The position numbers and the translations under genes were made by a program. A model generated the notes under the pieces. That model saw nothing but the letters and a program-made list of their open reading frames with translations. It was not told the DNA's origin and did no database searches. Source: Octopus sinensis (Eukaryota). From it: DNA of 64,000 nt. This document shows positions 36,597 through 47,999 of the stretch, piece by piece (position 1 is the stretch's first letter; the number at the start of each line of letters is the position of its first letter). Location: contig NC_043008.1 of the NCBI RefSeq assembly GCF_006345805.1, forward strand, positions 21,328,001-21,392,000, given 5' to 3'.

Positions 36597-37150
36597 GAAG
36601 GTGAGCCGGTATAATGTAGTGGGTTGGTATAAGGTAGTGAACTGGTATAAGGTGGCAAGTTGCCATAAAGCAGTGAGTTGGCACAAGGCGGTGAGCAGGC
36701 ATAAGACGGCGAATTGACATAAAACGGTGAGCTGGCATAAGACGGTGCGCTGCTATAAGGCGGCGAACTGATATAAGACAGCGGGTTGGCATGAAGCAGC
36801 GAGCTGGCATAAGGCGGTGAGCTGGCATAAGGCGGTGAGCTGGCATAAGGCGGTGAGCTGGCATAAGGCGGTGAGCTGGCATAAAGCGGTGAGTTGGCAT
36901 AAGGTGGCCAGTTGGCATAACGCGATGAGTTGGCATAAGGTAGAGAGTTGGCATAAATCGGTGAGCTGGCATAAGGCGGTGAGTTGGCATAAGGTGGTGA
37001 GCTGGCATAGAGTGGCAGGCTGATATAAGACAGTGAGCTGGCATAAGGCGGCGAGTTGGCGTAAGGCAGTGAGATGGCATAAAGCTGTGAGCTGGCATAA
37101 AGTGACAGGCTGATATAAGACAGCGAGCTGGCATAAGGTGGTGAGTTGGC
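36597..37150 (+). repeat. 18-bp minisatellite (AAGGCGGTGAGCTGGCAT), ~31 units, derived from the SINE-A 5' end
   Basis: Unit matches the SINE-A head (compare AAGGCGGTGAGCTGGCAG at 23226); the last unit runs directly into a SINE-A body. Confidence 0.9.
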
Positions 37151-37350
37151 AGAGTCGTTAGCGTTCCAGACAAATTGCTTTGTGGCTTTTAATCTGTCTT
37201 TTCGTTTTAAGTTTAAATTCTGTCTATGTCGACTTAGCTTTATACTTTTGGGGGTCGGTGAAATAAGTACCAGCTGCAGACTGGCGTCAATGTAATCGAC
37301 TGGACCACTACTCCAAAATTTCAGGTCTTGTGTATACAGTAGAATAGGAT
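37134..37350 (+). mobile_element. Degenerate SINE group A (tail-2)
   Basis: GAGTTGGCAGAGTCGTTAGC...GGGGGTCGGTGAAATAAGTACCAG...CAAAATTTCAGGTCTTGTGTATACAGTAGAATAGGATT. Confidence 0.75.
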
Positions 37351-38080
37351 TAAATATTCATTGGTGGGTAAATAATAACAAAGATTCTTTACTATTATCG
37401 TACATTGTACTTTGAAATTTATCTTCTTACAATTCAAGTGAAGTAGAAAAGAGAATGGATCTACCTCGGATGCGACGATAGCAATACAGTGATTCGATGG
37501 AACAAAAAGAAGTACAAAAAAGAGAAATATTGCAAACAAGTCTAGTACCATCTGTATCAGAGAATTGGCAGCTCATTCAGTATCCGATAGAAAATGTTAC
37601 ACAAATTTAGGCATATGCGAAAATGCGTTCTTTGCAAACGCTTTAGAATAGGGACTGCGAAAACAGAATTTTAGATCCACGTGAGGACAATATGACCCTC
37701 AGAAGACTCTGCATACCACAAATCAGTGGTACACTATGTGTTTGTTTGTTGTATATGACGGTTTGAGCTTATCGATTTCCCGCTGGACGACCTCAGGGCC
37801 ATTGATGTCAAAACTCAAAAAGAAGTGAGTTGAGAAACAAATTCATTCATTTTTCCCCAATTTCTTTTGATCCTTTTTGATGTTATTGAAATTAACACGA
37901 AAAATATCGTCGTGGTTTATGATTTTTTTTTTTGTGTAGCACAATTCTTCCTCTACGACTTCTGTTTATCATTTTTGAAATTTCAGTAATTTTTATCGTA
38001 CTTTCAGACATGTTACGATGGAGTGACAAAAAGAAAAATCGAACGAACGGATTTATATGACAATAATAATAAGAGTTATA

Positions 38081-38146
<66 letters not shown>

Positions 38147-38147
<1 letters not shown>

Positions 38148-38510
38148 CAGCAGATGACAACGTGTCTCTAAAAGAAATGGAGAAACTTTCAAAATACAAA
38201 GACCTGGAAATAGAGGTAACTAGAATGTGGAATCTAAAAACAAACAATTCCTATCATAATAGGTGCATTAGGCATGATAAAAAAATATTCAGACAAATAC
38301 ATAACAAAACACCAGGACTTACAAACACATATAACATACAGAAAATTGCACTACTAGGCACTGCACACATCCTACGCAGAACACTTTCCATACAATAACC
38401 ATCAGAGCATCACAACAAAAACTACAGCACATACCCAAGGCACACAGAGCTGCGCTCGGTAGTGAAGTGAAAGCACGCTATAAAAATAAAACTACTGAAT
38501 AATAATAATA
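38147..38510 (+). mobile_element. 5'-truncated R4/Dong-like LINE 3' end embedded in (TAA)n
   Basis: DDNVSLKEMEKLSKYKDLEIEVTRMWNLK...(frameshift) IIGALG...IQKIALLGTAHILRRTLSIQ*; (AAT)n at 38078-38146 upstream and AATAATAATAATA tail at ~38498-38510. Confidence 0.85.
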
Positions 38511-38659
38511 AAACTAACTACCGTGAGTGACAGCTAAGACTTAAATTACGTGCAAGGATATGTATAATTTATGCTGAATACACATGGATGTATTTCACAT
38601 CATCAAACACATTTACATTTCAAACAAACACACACAAACACAGATGCACGAATATTTTG

Positions 38660-38887
38660 TCTGTTACTTGTTTCAGCCATCAGACTGCGACCATTTTGGG
38701 GCAGAGCTTTGAAGAATTTTTGCCGGATGTATTGACCCTAGTACTTTCTAGTTTTAAGCCTGGTACTTGTCCTAACCTTTTTTTTTTTTTTTGCGGAACT
38801 GCTAGGTTACGGGAACGCAAACATACCAATACCGGTTGCCAAGCCGTAGTTGGGACAAACATAGGCAAACACACACACACACACACA

Positions 38888-38932
<45 letters not shown>

Positions 38933-39095
38933 ACATCCGGCGAACATCTTTCAGCTTCCGTCTGCCGAATCCACTCAAAAGCTTTTGGTCGGCCCGAGGC
39001 TAAAGCAGAAAAAAACCTGCCCAAAGAGCCAAGCAGTGAGACGGAACCTAGAAGCATATGGTTGGGGAGCAAGCTTTTTACCACACAGCCACGCC
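38660..39095 (-). mobile_element. Degenerate full-length SINE group B
   Basis: Tail TTACTTGTTTCAGCCATCAGACTGCGACC to head ACCACACAGCCACGCC. Confidence 0.8.
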
Positions 39096-39447
39096 AATGT
39101 TTGATTTTATATAAAGTTATATAAAAGCAAAAGTCCAGGGTATTCTGTCTGATGAGGCACAACATGTCGAAACACTGGGGTTTAAGAGTCCTGTGCACCA
39201 AAGTCTCGAGTGTGTTGAACAAACTATCCTCATTTCTCCTTTGACGTACTTCACGGCAAGTAACATATTTTCTGTTCGTATCTACTTACACGTATTAAGA
39301 ATGAATTGACAAATATATAAAAAGAAATTTATCGATTAATTCAATACGCTTTTGTAGAATACCATAATTGTTGATATTTTAAAGGAAAATATCGACAGAT
39401 TCTAATGATAGCTAACAAACCGAAACTCATAAAGCAATTTTCCCCGT

Positions 39448-39451
39448 AAAA

Positions 39452-39538
<87 letters not shown>

Positions 39539-39554
39539 ATCTATCTATCTATCA

Positions 39555-39591
<37 letters not shown>

Positions 39592-39602
39592 CCTCTCTCT
39601 AC

Positions 39603-39655
<53 letters not shown>

Positions 39656-39723
39656 AATATCTATCTATCTATCTATCTCTTATCTATATCTATCTATCTA
39701 TCTATCTATCATCTATCTATCTA

Positions 39724-39764
<41 letters not shown>

Positions 39765-39765
39765 T
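39448..39765. repeat. (TATC)n/(TGTC)n microsatellite
   Basis: Direct inspection. Confidence 0.95.
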
Positions 39766-39769
39766 GGGT

Positions 39770-39883
39770 GGGGGATGTGCTAGTCGATTATATCGACCCC
39801 CCTGTACGCAACTGGTACTTATTTCATCGACTCAGAAAGGTTGAAAGGCAAAGTCGAGCTCACACACGCATACACTCACAGGT

Positions 39884-39914
<31 letters not shown>

Positions 39915-40050
39915 CACAAACGTATGTACGACGGACAACATCTTACAGTTTCCGCTCACAAGATTTCGGTCGGCCCGAGGTTATAGTAGAAGACAGTGGG
40001 ACCGAACCTGGAACCATGTGGTTAGAAAGCAAGTTTCTTACCACACAGCT
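39770..40050 (-). mobile_element. SINE-A fragment fused to a SINE-B 5' half
   Basis: GTCGATTATATCGACCCC...GGCAAAGTCGAG, then (CA)n, then B head CCACACAGC. Confidence 0.7.
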
Positions 40051-40454
40051 TCCCCTACTCTAATATGTGTGTGTGTATGTGTGTATGTGTGTGTGTGTGT
40101 GCACGCGCATACATGTATGTAACTTGTGACCATGATACTCTGAGACTATACATGAATTCATTTTTGCATAATATAAAGCAGTGTCTGCAATTAGAAATGT
40201 GTTGTATTTCGTAGTATTTTGTTCTTTATTGATTTCATGTTTTGCGCTTCCATTTTTATGGAATGGAATCATGAACTTCTCTGTTATGATTTTTAATGTC
40301 CTGCAGATGTCGTTGTATGGTAGTACAAACTGAAATGGTTAGTGAAATCTTTAACAGACCTGAGTTATCATCAGAACCATAAAGACAGATGCAGTCAATC
40401 TCCACCGGTATAATATCATGCAATAATGTTTTCTTATAGAAAATATATTATGTA

Positions 40455-40473
40455 CCTGTTTCTCTCTCTCTCC

Positions 40474-40504
<31 letters not shown>

Positions 40505-40505
40505 T

Positions 40506-40538
<33 letters not shown>

Positions 40539-40696
40539 ATATATATATATATATGTATATATATATGTATATATATATATTATATATACATATATATTAT
40601 ACATTATATATATATACATATATATATGTATATATATATATATATATCTATATACATCTATATATACATATATATATATGTATATATATATATATG

Positions 40697-40737
<41 letters not shown>

Positions 40738-40790
40738 ATATATATATATGCATGTATATATGCATATATTTATTATATATATTATATGAT
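40455..40790. repeat. (TA)n microsatellite
   Basis: Direct inspection. Confidence 0.95.
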
Positions 40791-40850
40791 ATGAGTGAGT
40801 GAATGTGAGCGTGAGTGTATGTGTGTGAAAGTGTGTTTGTGTGTGTGTTT

Positions 40851-40902
<52 letters not shown>

Positions 40903-41734
40903 CTTCTTCATACTAGAAACAAAACTGCTCCGTTGGATTTTAGAAACTATCAAGTTGGTAGTAAAAAACATCGCCATTTTAATACAAGCACATGTCATGG
41001 CATATGTACTGACATTTTTAACCGTCCATACATGCACACACACACATATGTATATATATATTATATATATATATATATTATATATGTGTATGTGTGTGTG
41101 TGTGTATTTATATGTGTGTATGTGTGTGTGTGTGTGCATTCGTTTGAATCAATGTATTTTATAGTCTACCGGCAGGAATTTTGCTTCTGATTTTTTGTTA
41201 CTGGTTCATGTTTGTAATTTACGATTTCATCGTAATTTTCCTGCTTCATCATTTTTTTATTTTTATTTTTTTGTGCGTCAGTCTCTCAATATTGATTACG
41301 AAGAAGGGATGTGAATTTGCAACTTAATAACAATACTGGACAAGAAGACGTTTATGATTTCAAACCGCTCCGTAGTCGCTCCTTGTTTTTGTAGCTTCTG
41401 CGTTCGATAACCTAATTATCAGTGAGAAACAGGAAGTGATCTAACAGTCTATATCTACCACTAAAAACGCCGACTTGACCCTGTAGTTTAAGGAATACAC
41501 TTTTTCACATTTTGTGGCCGTTTAATCCTTCTTGAGAATTACTTAAATCTTTTAGTGTTTAAATGGGCCATACCCGTAAGGTGTTGTCCCTCGCATACAC
41601 TACTTCGGTGTAATTTAGTCGAACGAATCGACTTCAGTACATTTTTTAAGCCTGGTAGTACGATACCAGTGGTTTCAGGCTAAAAATTCATAATCATTCA
41701 AATGTAGTTTCAATAATACTAACACCTCATAGCG

Positions 41735-42135
41735 CAGCGAGCTGGCAGTATCGTTAGCATACCGGGTGAAATGCTTTGCGGTATTTCGTCTGTCTTTACG
41801 TTCTGCGTTCAAATTCCGCCGAGGTCGACTTTGGTTTTCATCATTTTGTACCAGTTCCTTAAGTACCAGTTCCGCACTGGGGTCGATGTAATCGACTTAA
41901 TACCTATGTTTGTCCTTGTTTGTCCCCTCTATGTTTAGCCCCTTGTGGGTCATAAAGAAATAGGTATTTCGTCTGTCTTTACGTTCTGCGTTCAAATTTC
42001 GCCGAGGTCGACTTCGCCTTTCATCCTTTCGGGGTCGATAAATTAAGTACCAGTTACGCACTGGGGTCGATGTAATCGACTTAATTCCTTTGCTTGCCCT
42101 TGTTTGCCCTCTCTGAGTTTAGCCCCTTGTGGACG
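41735..42135 (+). mobile_element. SINE group A dimer
   Basis: Head GCAGCGAGCTGGCAGTATCGTTAGC; junction AAAGAAATA|GGTATTTCGTCTG. Confidence 0.88.
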
Positions 42136-42199
42136 TTTGCTAAGCTAATTGCAAACGAGATGTCGAACGAAATTTCGTACATTCTGCCTTTCTTCTGTG

Positions 42200-42465
42200 A
42201 CTGAATCATTAATACGGCACTCCGTCGGTTACCACCACAAGGGTTCCAGTTGATCCAATCAACGGAACAGCCTGCTTGTGAAATTAAGGTGCAAGTGGCT
42301 AAGCACCCCACATGCACGTGTACCCTTAACGTAGTTCTCAGGGAGATTCAGCGTGACACAGAGTGTGAGAAGGCAGGCCGTTTGAAATACAGATACAACA
42401 GAAAGAGGAAGAAAGAGTGAGAGAAAGTTGTGGTGAAAGAGTACAGCAGGGTTCGCAACCATCCT
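42200..42465 (-). mobile_element. 5'-truncated SINE: C-type middle module + Y tail
   Basis: Reverse complement CTCTTTCACCACAACTTTCTCTCACTCTTTCTTCC (as at 1906-1940 and 7626-7650), followed by TGTATTTCAAA...CTACGTTAAGGGTACACGTG (as at 5870-5950). Confidence 0.8.
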
Positions 42466-42502
42466 CTGTAAAAAATTTCATGTTTTATATATCATATTAT
42501 TC

Positions 42503-42548
<46 letters not shown>

Positions 42549-42556
42549 TGTGTGTG

Positions 42557-42757
42557 TTACTTGATGACAGCTCGTTAACAAATTCTAAGTGTGAAGGAGG
42601 GCTGGCAAGATATAGTGAACCATTAAATGTTTGAATTCATTGCGGTGTTATAAACTGATTAAATAGCTACAATAAAACATGATGATAGCTTTCTTGCCGT
42701 TATCTTTATTATCGTTTTGTATTAATACATATCACAGTTAATTTCATTATAGATAAA
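42557..42757 (+). repeat. ~200-bp direct repeat, copy 1 (copy 2 at 43936-44143)
   Basis: Both begin TTACTTGATGACAGCTCGTTAACAAATTCTAAGTGTGA and end CACAGTTA.TTTCATTATAGATAAA. Confidence 0.9.
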
Positions 42758-42925
42758 TATATATATAGTTCAAATTTAAAGAAAATAAAAAAACGAAGAG
42801 AGGTATAGAAACAACAAGCAGGTGTATTATTTTAACGTTCGGGATATATAGAAACGTATTTTACGTTTCGAGCCTACGCTCTTCGACAGAAAGTATTAAG
42901 AGGGAAAAAATGGAGAGAATATATA

Positions 42926-43092
42926 TATATTCAAAATAAGCAACAAGAATGACTCCGGTAATTTGGTACGATCGTTTCGTACTACATCATTTTATTAAAT
43001 GTTGTAAGTAATACAACATTTAATAAAATGATGTAGTACGAAACGATCGTACCAAATTACCGGAGTCATTCTTGTTGCTTATTTTGATTATA
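42926..43092. mobile_element. Foldback MITE forming a perfect palindrome
   Basis: 76-bp arms 42931-43006 and 43012-43087 are exact reverse complements around the loop AGTAA; TATA at the termini. Confidence 0.85.
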
Positions 43093-43187
43093 ATCACCCC
43101 ACGGATTTTTATGGATAACACCATACAGAATTCTGGTGCATATAAATCAAGTACCATATTCATTTGAATCTAAATTTTTGCTGAACT

Positions 43188-43252
<65 letters not shown>

Positions 43253-43935
43253 GAGGTACCTCGCAGGTGAAATGCTGCACAAACAATTGTGGTGCACCAT
43301 AGGTGTAGATGTGTCTCTGAATGTGTTACTGTAGACGAACCTTAACCATAATATTTGAAAATTGATGTGTGACTATCTGAAAAGTGAAAGGTGGATTTAT
43401 GCTTCTCATAACGGTTTTTAGAGGATCAAAATGATATAACAGTCCATCAGTTCAACTAATTTTATTATTTGTTTCTTATATTATCTGAGTAACCAGCTTT
43501 TCCATTTACACAGGGAGCAACCAGACGAGAAATTGGTAGATCTTATCCAGTTCTTGACACAGAAATGTTGACAGTAATGAATAGCGGACTCTTGTGTATA
43601 GTAAATATTTCTCAACGTATTACAGGAAAATCACCACCTATCTGTCAACTTTACTTAACTCTCAATGGTCGAGTTCATTTGACTTTATTAGAATGTGCTG
43701 GGCGCCTAATACGTATTTTATAATACTGGGTACTGTTGAGTCTGAGAGACGTAAAGATATAATTCATTGCTGTAAAGGTGAACAAGAGTGCAGTAAAACT
43801 AGCGAGTGGTTCGCTGATGTGCAACACAGCTGTTCAATTCATCTTTCGGTTAAGTTCGATTGTTACACTTTGTCTTCCTCTCCAGAGGTAAACATGAATT
43901 ATACACATAATCGTGTGATAAAAAGTAACAGCGTA

Positions 43936-44143
43936 TTACTTGATGACAGCTCGTTAACAAATTCTAAGTGTGAGGGTGGGCTAGCAAGATAAAGTGGACC
44001 ATTAAATGTTTGAATTCATTGGAGTGACATAAAGTGATGAAATAGATACCATAAAACACATGATGATAGCTTTCTGCTCTTACCGCTATCTTTATTATCG
44101 TTTTGTATTAATACATATCACAGTTAGTTTCATTATAGATAAA
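43936..44143 (+). repeat. ~200-bp direct repeat, copy 2
   Basis: See 42557-42757. Confidence 0.9.
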
Positions 44144-44534
44144 ATGCCTTCTTTCTATAGTCAGCGGGTTATTGGAGAATTTGACTGCGAGCTAAATATC
44201 GTATAATCATTAAAAGTGGAAACTTAGCCGAGTCTTTCAATCTCACTTCCTTTCTCTTCCCAGGAACTCATTGTATTTCGTGATGCTGGGCTTTCAAGTA
44301 TATGCAGGTGGTTGATCAACTTATCAAATTCTAGCTATTAATTCTTCGAAAGTGAAACGATATTTTTATCTATTTCTGTCAATTAAATATTTACGTTGGT
44401 GCAAAAGGAAGTAGGAAGAAGTTTGTGCTTCCTACTAAACTGCCAGGCTTGAAAAATTAGTTTTCCAATTTCAACTCTCATCTGCAGCTCTGTATTTCTT
44501 TCAGTAATATCTGAATATTATTATTATTAATGAA

Positions 44535-45145
44535 GTAGAGCTGGCAGGAACGTTAGCACTCCGGGCGAAATGCTCAGCGGTATTTCGTCTGCCGTTACGT
44601 TCTGAGTTCAAATTCCGACGAGGTCGACTTTGCCTTTCAACCTTTCGGGGTCGATTAAATAACCACCAGTTACGCACTGGGGCCGATACAATCGACTTAA
44701 TCCGTTTGTCTCTCCTTGTTTGTCCTCTCTATGTTTAGCCCCTTGTGGGTAGTAAAGAAATAGGTATTTCGTCTGTCTTTACGTTCTGAGTTCAAATTCC
44801 GCCGAGGTCGACTTCGTCTTTCATCCTTTCGGGGTCGATAAATTTAGTACCAGTTACGTACTGGGGTCGATGTAATCGACTTAATCTCTTTGTTTGTCCT
44901 TGTTTGTCCCCTCTATGTTTAGCCATTTTGTGGGCAATAAAGAAATAATCGTTTGTACGCCGGACAAAGTGCTTAGCTGTATTTCATTTGTTTTTACGTT
45001 CTAAGTTCAGATTTCGCGGCGTTGACTTTGCCTTTCATCCTTCCGAGGTCAATAAAATAAGTATTAGTTTAGCACTGGCGATGATGTAATTGCCTAAGCC
45101 CTTCCCTCCAAACTGCTGGCCTTGTGTCAAAATTTGAAACCCATA
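44535..45145 (+). mobile_element. SINE group A trimer (tail-1, tail-1, tail-2)
   Basis: Three bodies; last ends GGCCTTGTGTCAAAATTTGAAACC. Confidence 0.88.
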
Positions 45146-45349
45146 TTAGTTGGTGCTATCTCTTTAAAGATGTTTCGATCAGATGATATATTGGCTACGA
45201 GCGGGATGGAATGGGATTCGTTGCTTTTTGATTGCGCTCTTTGGATGTAAAGTCACTTGTTTAATTAAATTCGCTATTTTTTAACGTCACATTGTAGGAT
45301 TGGCCGTTCTGTCGAATGCCTTTTTGTCTGAAGATATATAACCGTGTCC

Positions 45350-45910
45350 AGAACGTAACAGCAGACGAAATACCTATTTCTTTACTACCCACAAGGGGCT
45401 AAACACAGAGAGGACAAACAAGGACAGACAAAGTGATTAAGTCGATTACATCGACCCCAGTGCATAACTGGTGCTTAATTTATCGACCCCAAAAACTGAA
45501 AGGCAAAGTCGACCTCGGTGGAATTTGAACTCAAAACGTAGCGGCAGACGAAATACTTATTTCTTTACTACCCACAAGGGGCTAAACACAGAGAGGACAA
45601 ACAAGGACAGTCAAAGGGATTAAGTCGATTATATCGACCCCAGTGCGTAACTGGTACTTATTTAATCGACCCGGAAAAGATGAAAGGCAAAGTCGGCCTC
45701 GGTGGAATTTGAACTCAAAACGTAACGGCTAACGAAATACCTATTTCTTTACTACCCACAAGGGGATAAACACAGAGAGGACAAACAAGGACAGACAAAC
45801 GGATTAAGTCGAAGTCGACCTCGGCGGAATTTGAACTCAAAACGTAGCGGCAGACGAAATACTGCTAAGAATTTCGCCCGGCCTACTAACGAATCTGCCA
45901 GCTCGCCACA
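45350..45910 (-). mobile_element. SINE group A multimer (about 3.5 units)
   Basis: Repeated CCCACAAGGGGCTAAACACAGAGAGGACAAAC at ~45388, ~45571 and ~45754; head at ~45907. Confidence 0.88.
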
Positions 45911-46161
45911 TTAGCACTAAGAAGGTAATTTCTATAACTCATTTCCAAACATTTCCGCACCGGCAAGAGTCTGCACAAGCTTCGTAAAATGAATTAGTAT
46001 AGGTAATTATCTCAAATTGTAATTATAGTAATCGACAACTAGTAATTGTGCACCTTATGGTTGTATAAACCATCATATCCCACTATAGCGGCATGAAGTT
46101 ACCGGATATCCATTAATAATTATAGAGGAGAGAATTTTGAAGCATCCAGCTACACAACTAT

Positions 46162-46370
46162 ACGAGTTTGTGCTGAAAAGTCCCTGGCTTTGGGTAAAAG
46201 AAAATACTGGAGGATCAGTTAATTATGATTTCATTCAAAAAATTCCCTTCTCAGATCCATAGACCTATTGCAGCAATCCTTCAGTTTTTCTAAGCCCTGT
46301 AAAAGAACTCGGAAAGTTGAGTCTCTAGCCACGCTTTTCGTGATACTCTTAGAGCCAGAAACATATCAGC
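46162..46370 (-). mobile_element. Mariner remnant (3' end and TIR)
   Basis: TA-CGAGTTTGTGCTGAAAAGTCCCTGGC terminus; minus-strand peptides AWLETQLSEFF / GLEKLKDCCNRSMDLRREFFE* resemble a mariner transposase C-terminus. Confidence 0.7.
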
Positions 46371-46771
46371 TCTTCCCTGTACAACAAAGCCACACAACCA
46401 TGTCGAAATAAATCGTGAAACGTGGTTTGTAATAAATATGATATAAAATTGTGTCAATATTGAAAACAGCTCCTTTAGCAACCTGATCTTAATTCCCTCG
46501 ATCAACTTTCAGAATACGCCAAATCATACGAACCGCAATGCGAACCACAAATCCACCATTAAATTTACTGGTACAGACGTACCAATTTTCAATTATTATG
46601 ATTTATGTTAGCCTACAACAACACATATAACACTACAATAACTATTTCTGACGTCTGTTGTGTGGAGAAGTTCTGAATATTAACTAAAGTCCATAATAGC
46701 ATTCTAAACAGAAAATTCGAACAACTGTCCAAGTATCGCCATGAAAATAAATTTCATCATATTACAACTCC

Positions 46772-46925
46772 ACGACCACCACGACCACCACGACCACCAC
46801 CACCAAAACCACCACCACCAAAACCACCACCACCACCACCACCACCACCACCACCACCACCACCACCACCACCACCACCACCACCACTACCACCACCACC
46901 ACCACGACTATCACCACCGCCATCA
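46772..46925. repeat. (CAC)n trinucleotide repeat
   Basis: Direct inspection. Confidence 0.95.
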
Positions 46926-47209
46926 CTAAGCCAATTTATCTGTGACACATAAATCACCAAGTTGCTAAACTTCATCAACGCACGAACCAGAACGTCCAAA
47001 ACAAGTCGTCCCAATCCTGCTGTTTATCTGATCGTATCGATCAATAACCATCCTTGTCCATCGATTGTCTCCGAGTATGGAACTCCGAGTAATGAATGAG
47101 ATATCAGGTGACATGAATGAATAGACTCAATAAATTTTCTCTTCAATCAATTTGTGTAAAAGTTATATTGTAAGTAGGAATATAATATACAAATACAATC
47201 TGCAACGCT

Positions 47210-47243
47210 TGTATGTATACATACATACATCTGTCTGTCTGCC

Positions 47244-47336
<93 letters not shown>

Positions 47337-47424
47337 CACACAATCACATATGTGTAATTCTGTGTCATTTTTGTCTAGAAACACACATACAAAAACATGT
47401 GTATCTATCTATCTATCTATCTAC

Positions 47425-47504
<80 letters not shown>

Positions 47505-47523
47505 ATATATATATGTATGTATG

Positions 47524-47564
<41 letters not shown>

Positions 47565-47620
47565 ATATATATATATATATGTATGTATGTATATATATAT
47601 ATATTTATATTTATATGTGT
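47210..47620. repeat. Compound (TGTC)/(CT)/(TA)/(TATC) microsatellites
   Basis: Direct inspection. Confidence 0.9.
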
Positions 47621-47999
47621 AATATTACATAATATATAGACTAAAAAAAATCAATAAATGTAATGTAATAAATAATATTCATATACTTGTTTATATACAT
47701 TAAATATATAGATAGAACAAAAACAGCAAAGTGAAAAGGTCTGTCTGTCGATTTTATTTTCCTTTTCCCTCGTGGCTTGTCTATAATTGTCCGCACTCGA
47801 ATTAAATATCTAATATTTATCTCGCTTTTTTTTAATATCGAATAGAGAATGAATGATATATTTTGCTGTCATATTTATAATTTGATGTTACCAATTACGT
47901 CTTGTATCTGAATCGATTGCCTGATTTTGTTACCAACTAATTTATTGTTGTGCAACTTAGTAAGGCCCTTCTCAGAGAAATAAAATAACGCAAAATGTA

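Noticed and set aside
36597-37150. CRISPR-like appearance of regular repeats (also SINE multimers)
   Set aside because: No unique spacers, eukaryotic context, no cas genes
36547-37173. 208-aa (MPAHRL)n ORF as a real gene
   Set aside because: Explained by the 18-bp SINE-derived unit; no independent coding evidence
43594-43992. 132-aa ORF with a GTG start
   Set aside because: Non-ATG start, runs into the duplicated 200-bp block, no recognisable domain
46741-47014. Poly-His / poly-Gly ORFs (also poly-Pro at 22607-22795 and poly-Leu at 23894-24157)
   Set aside because: Trinucleotide microsatellites without flanking coding signal
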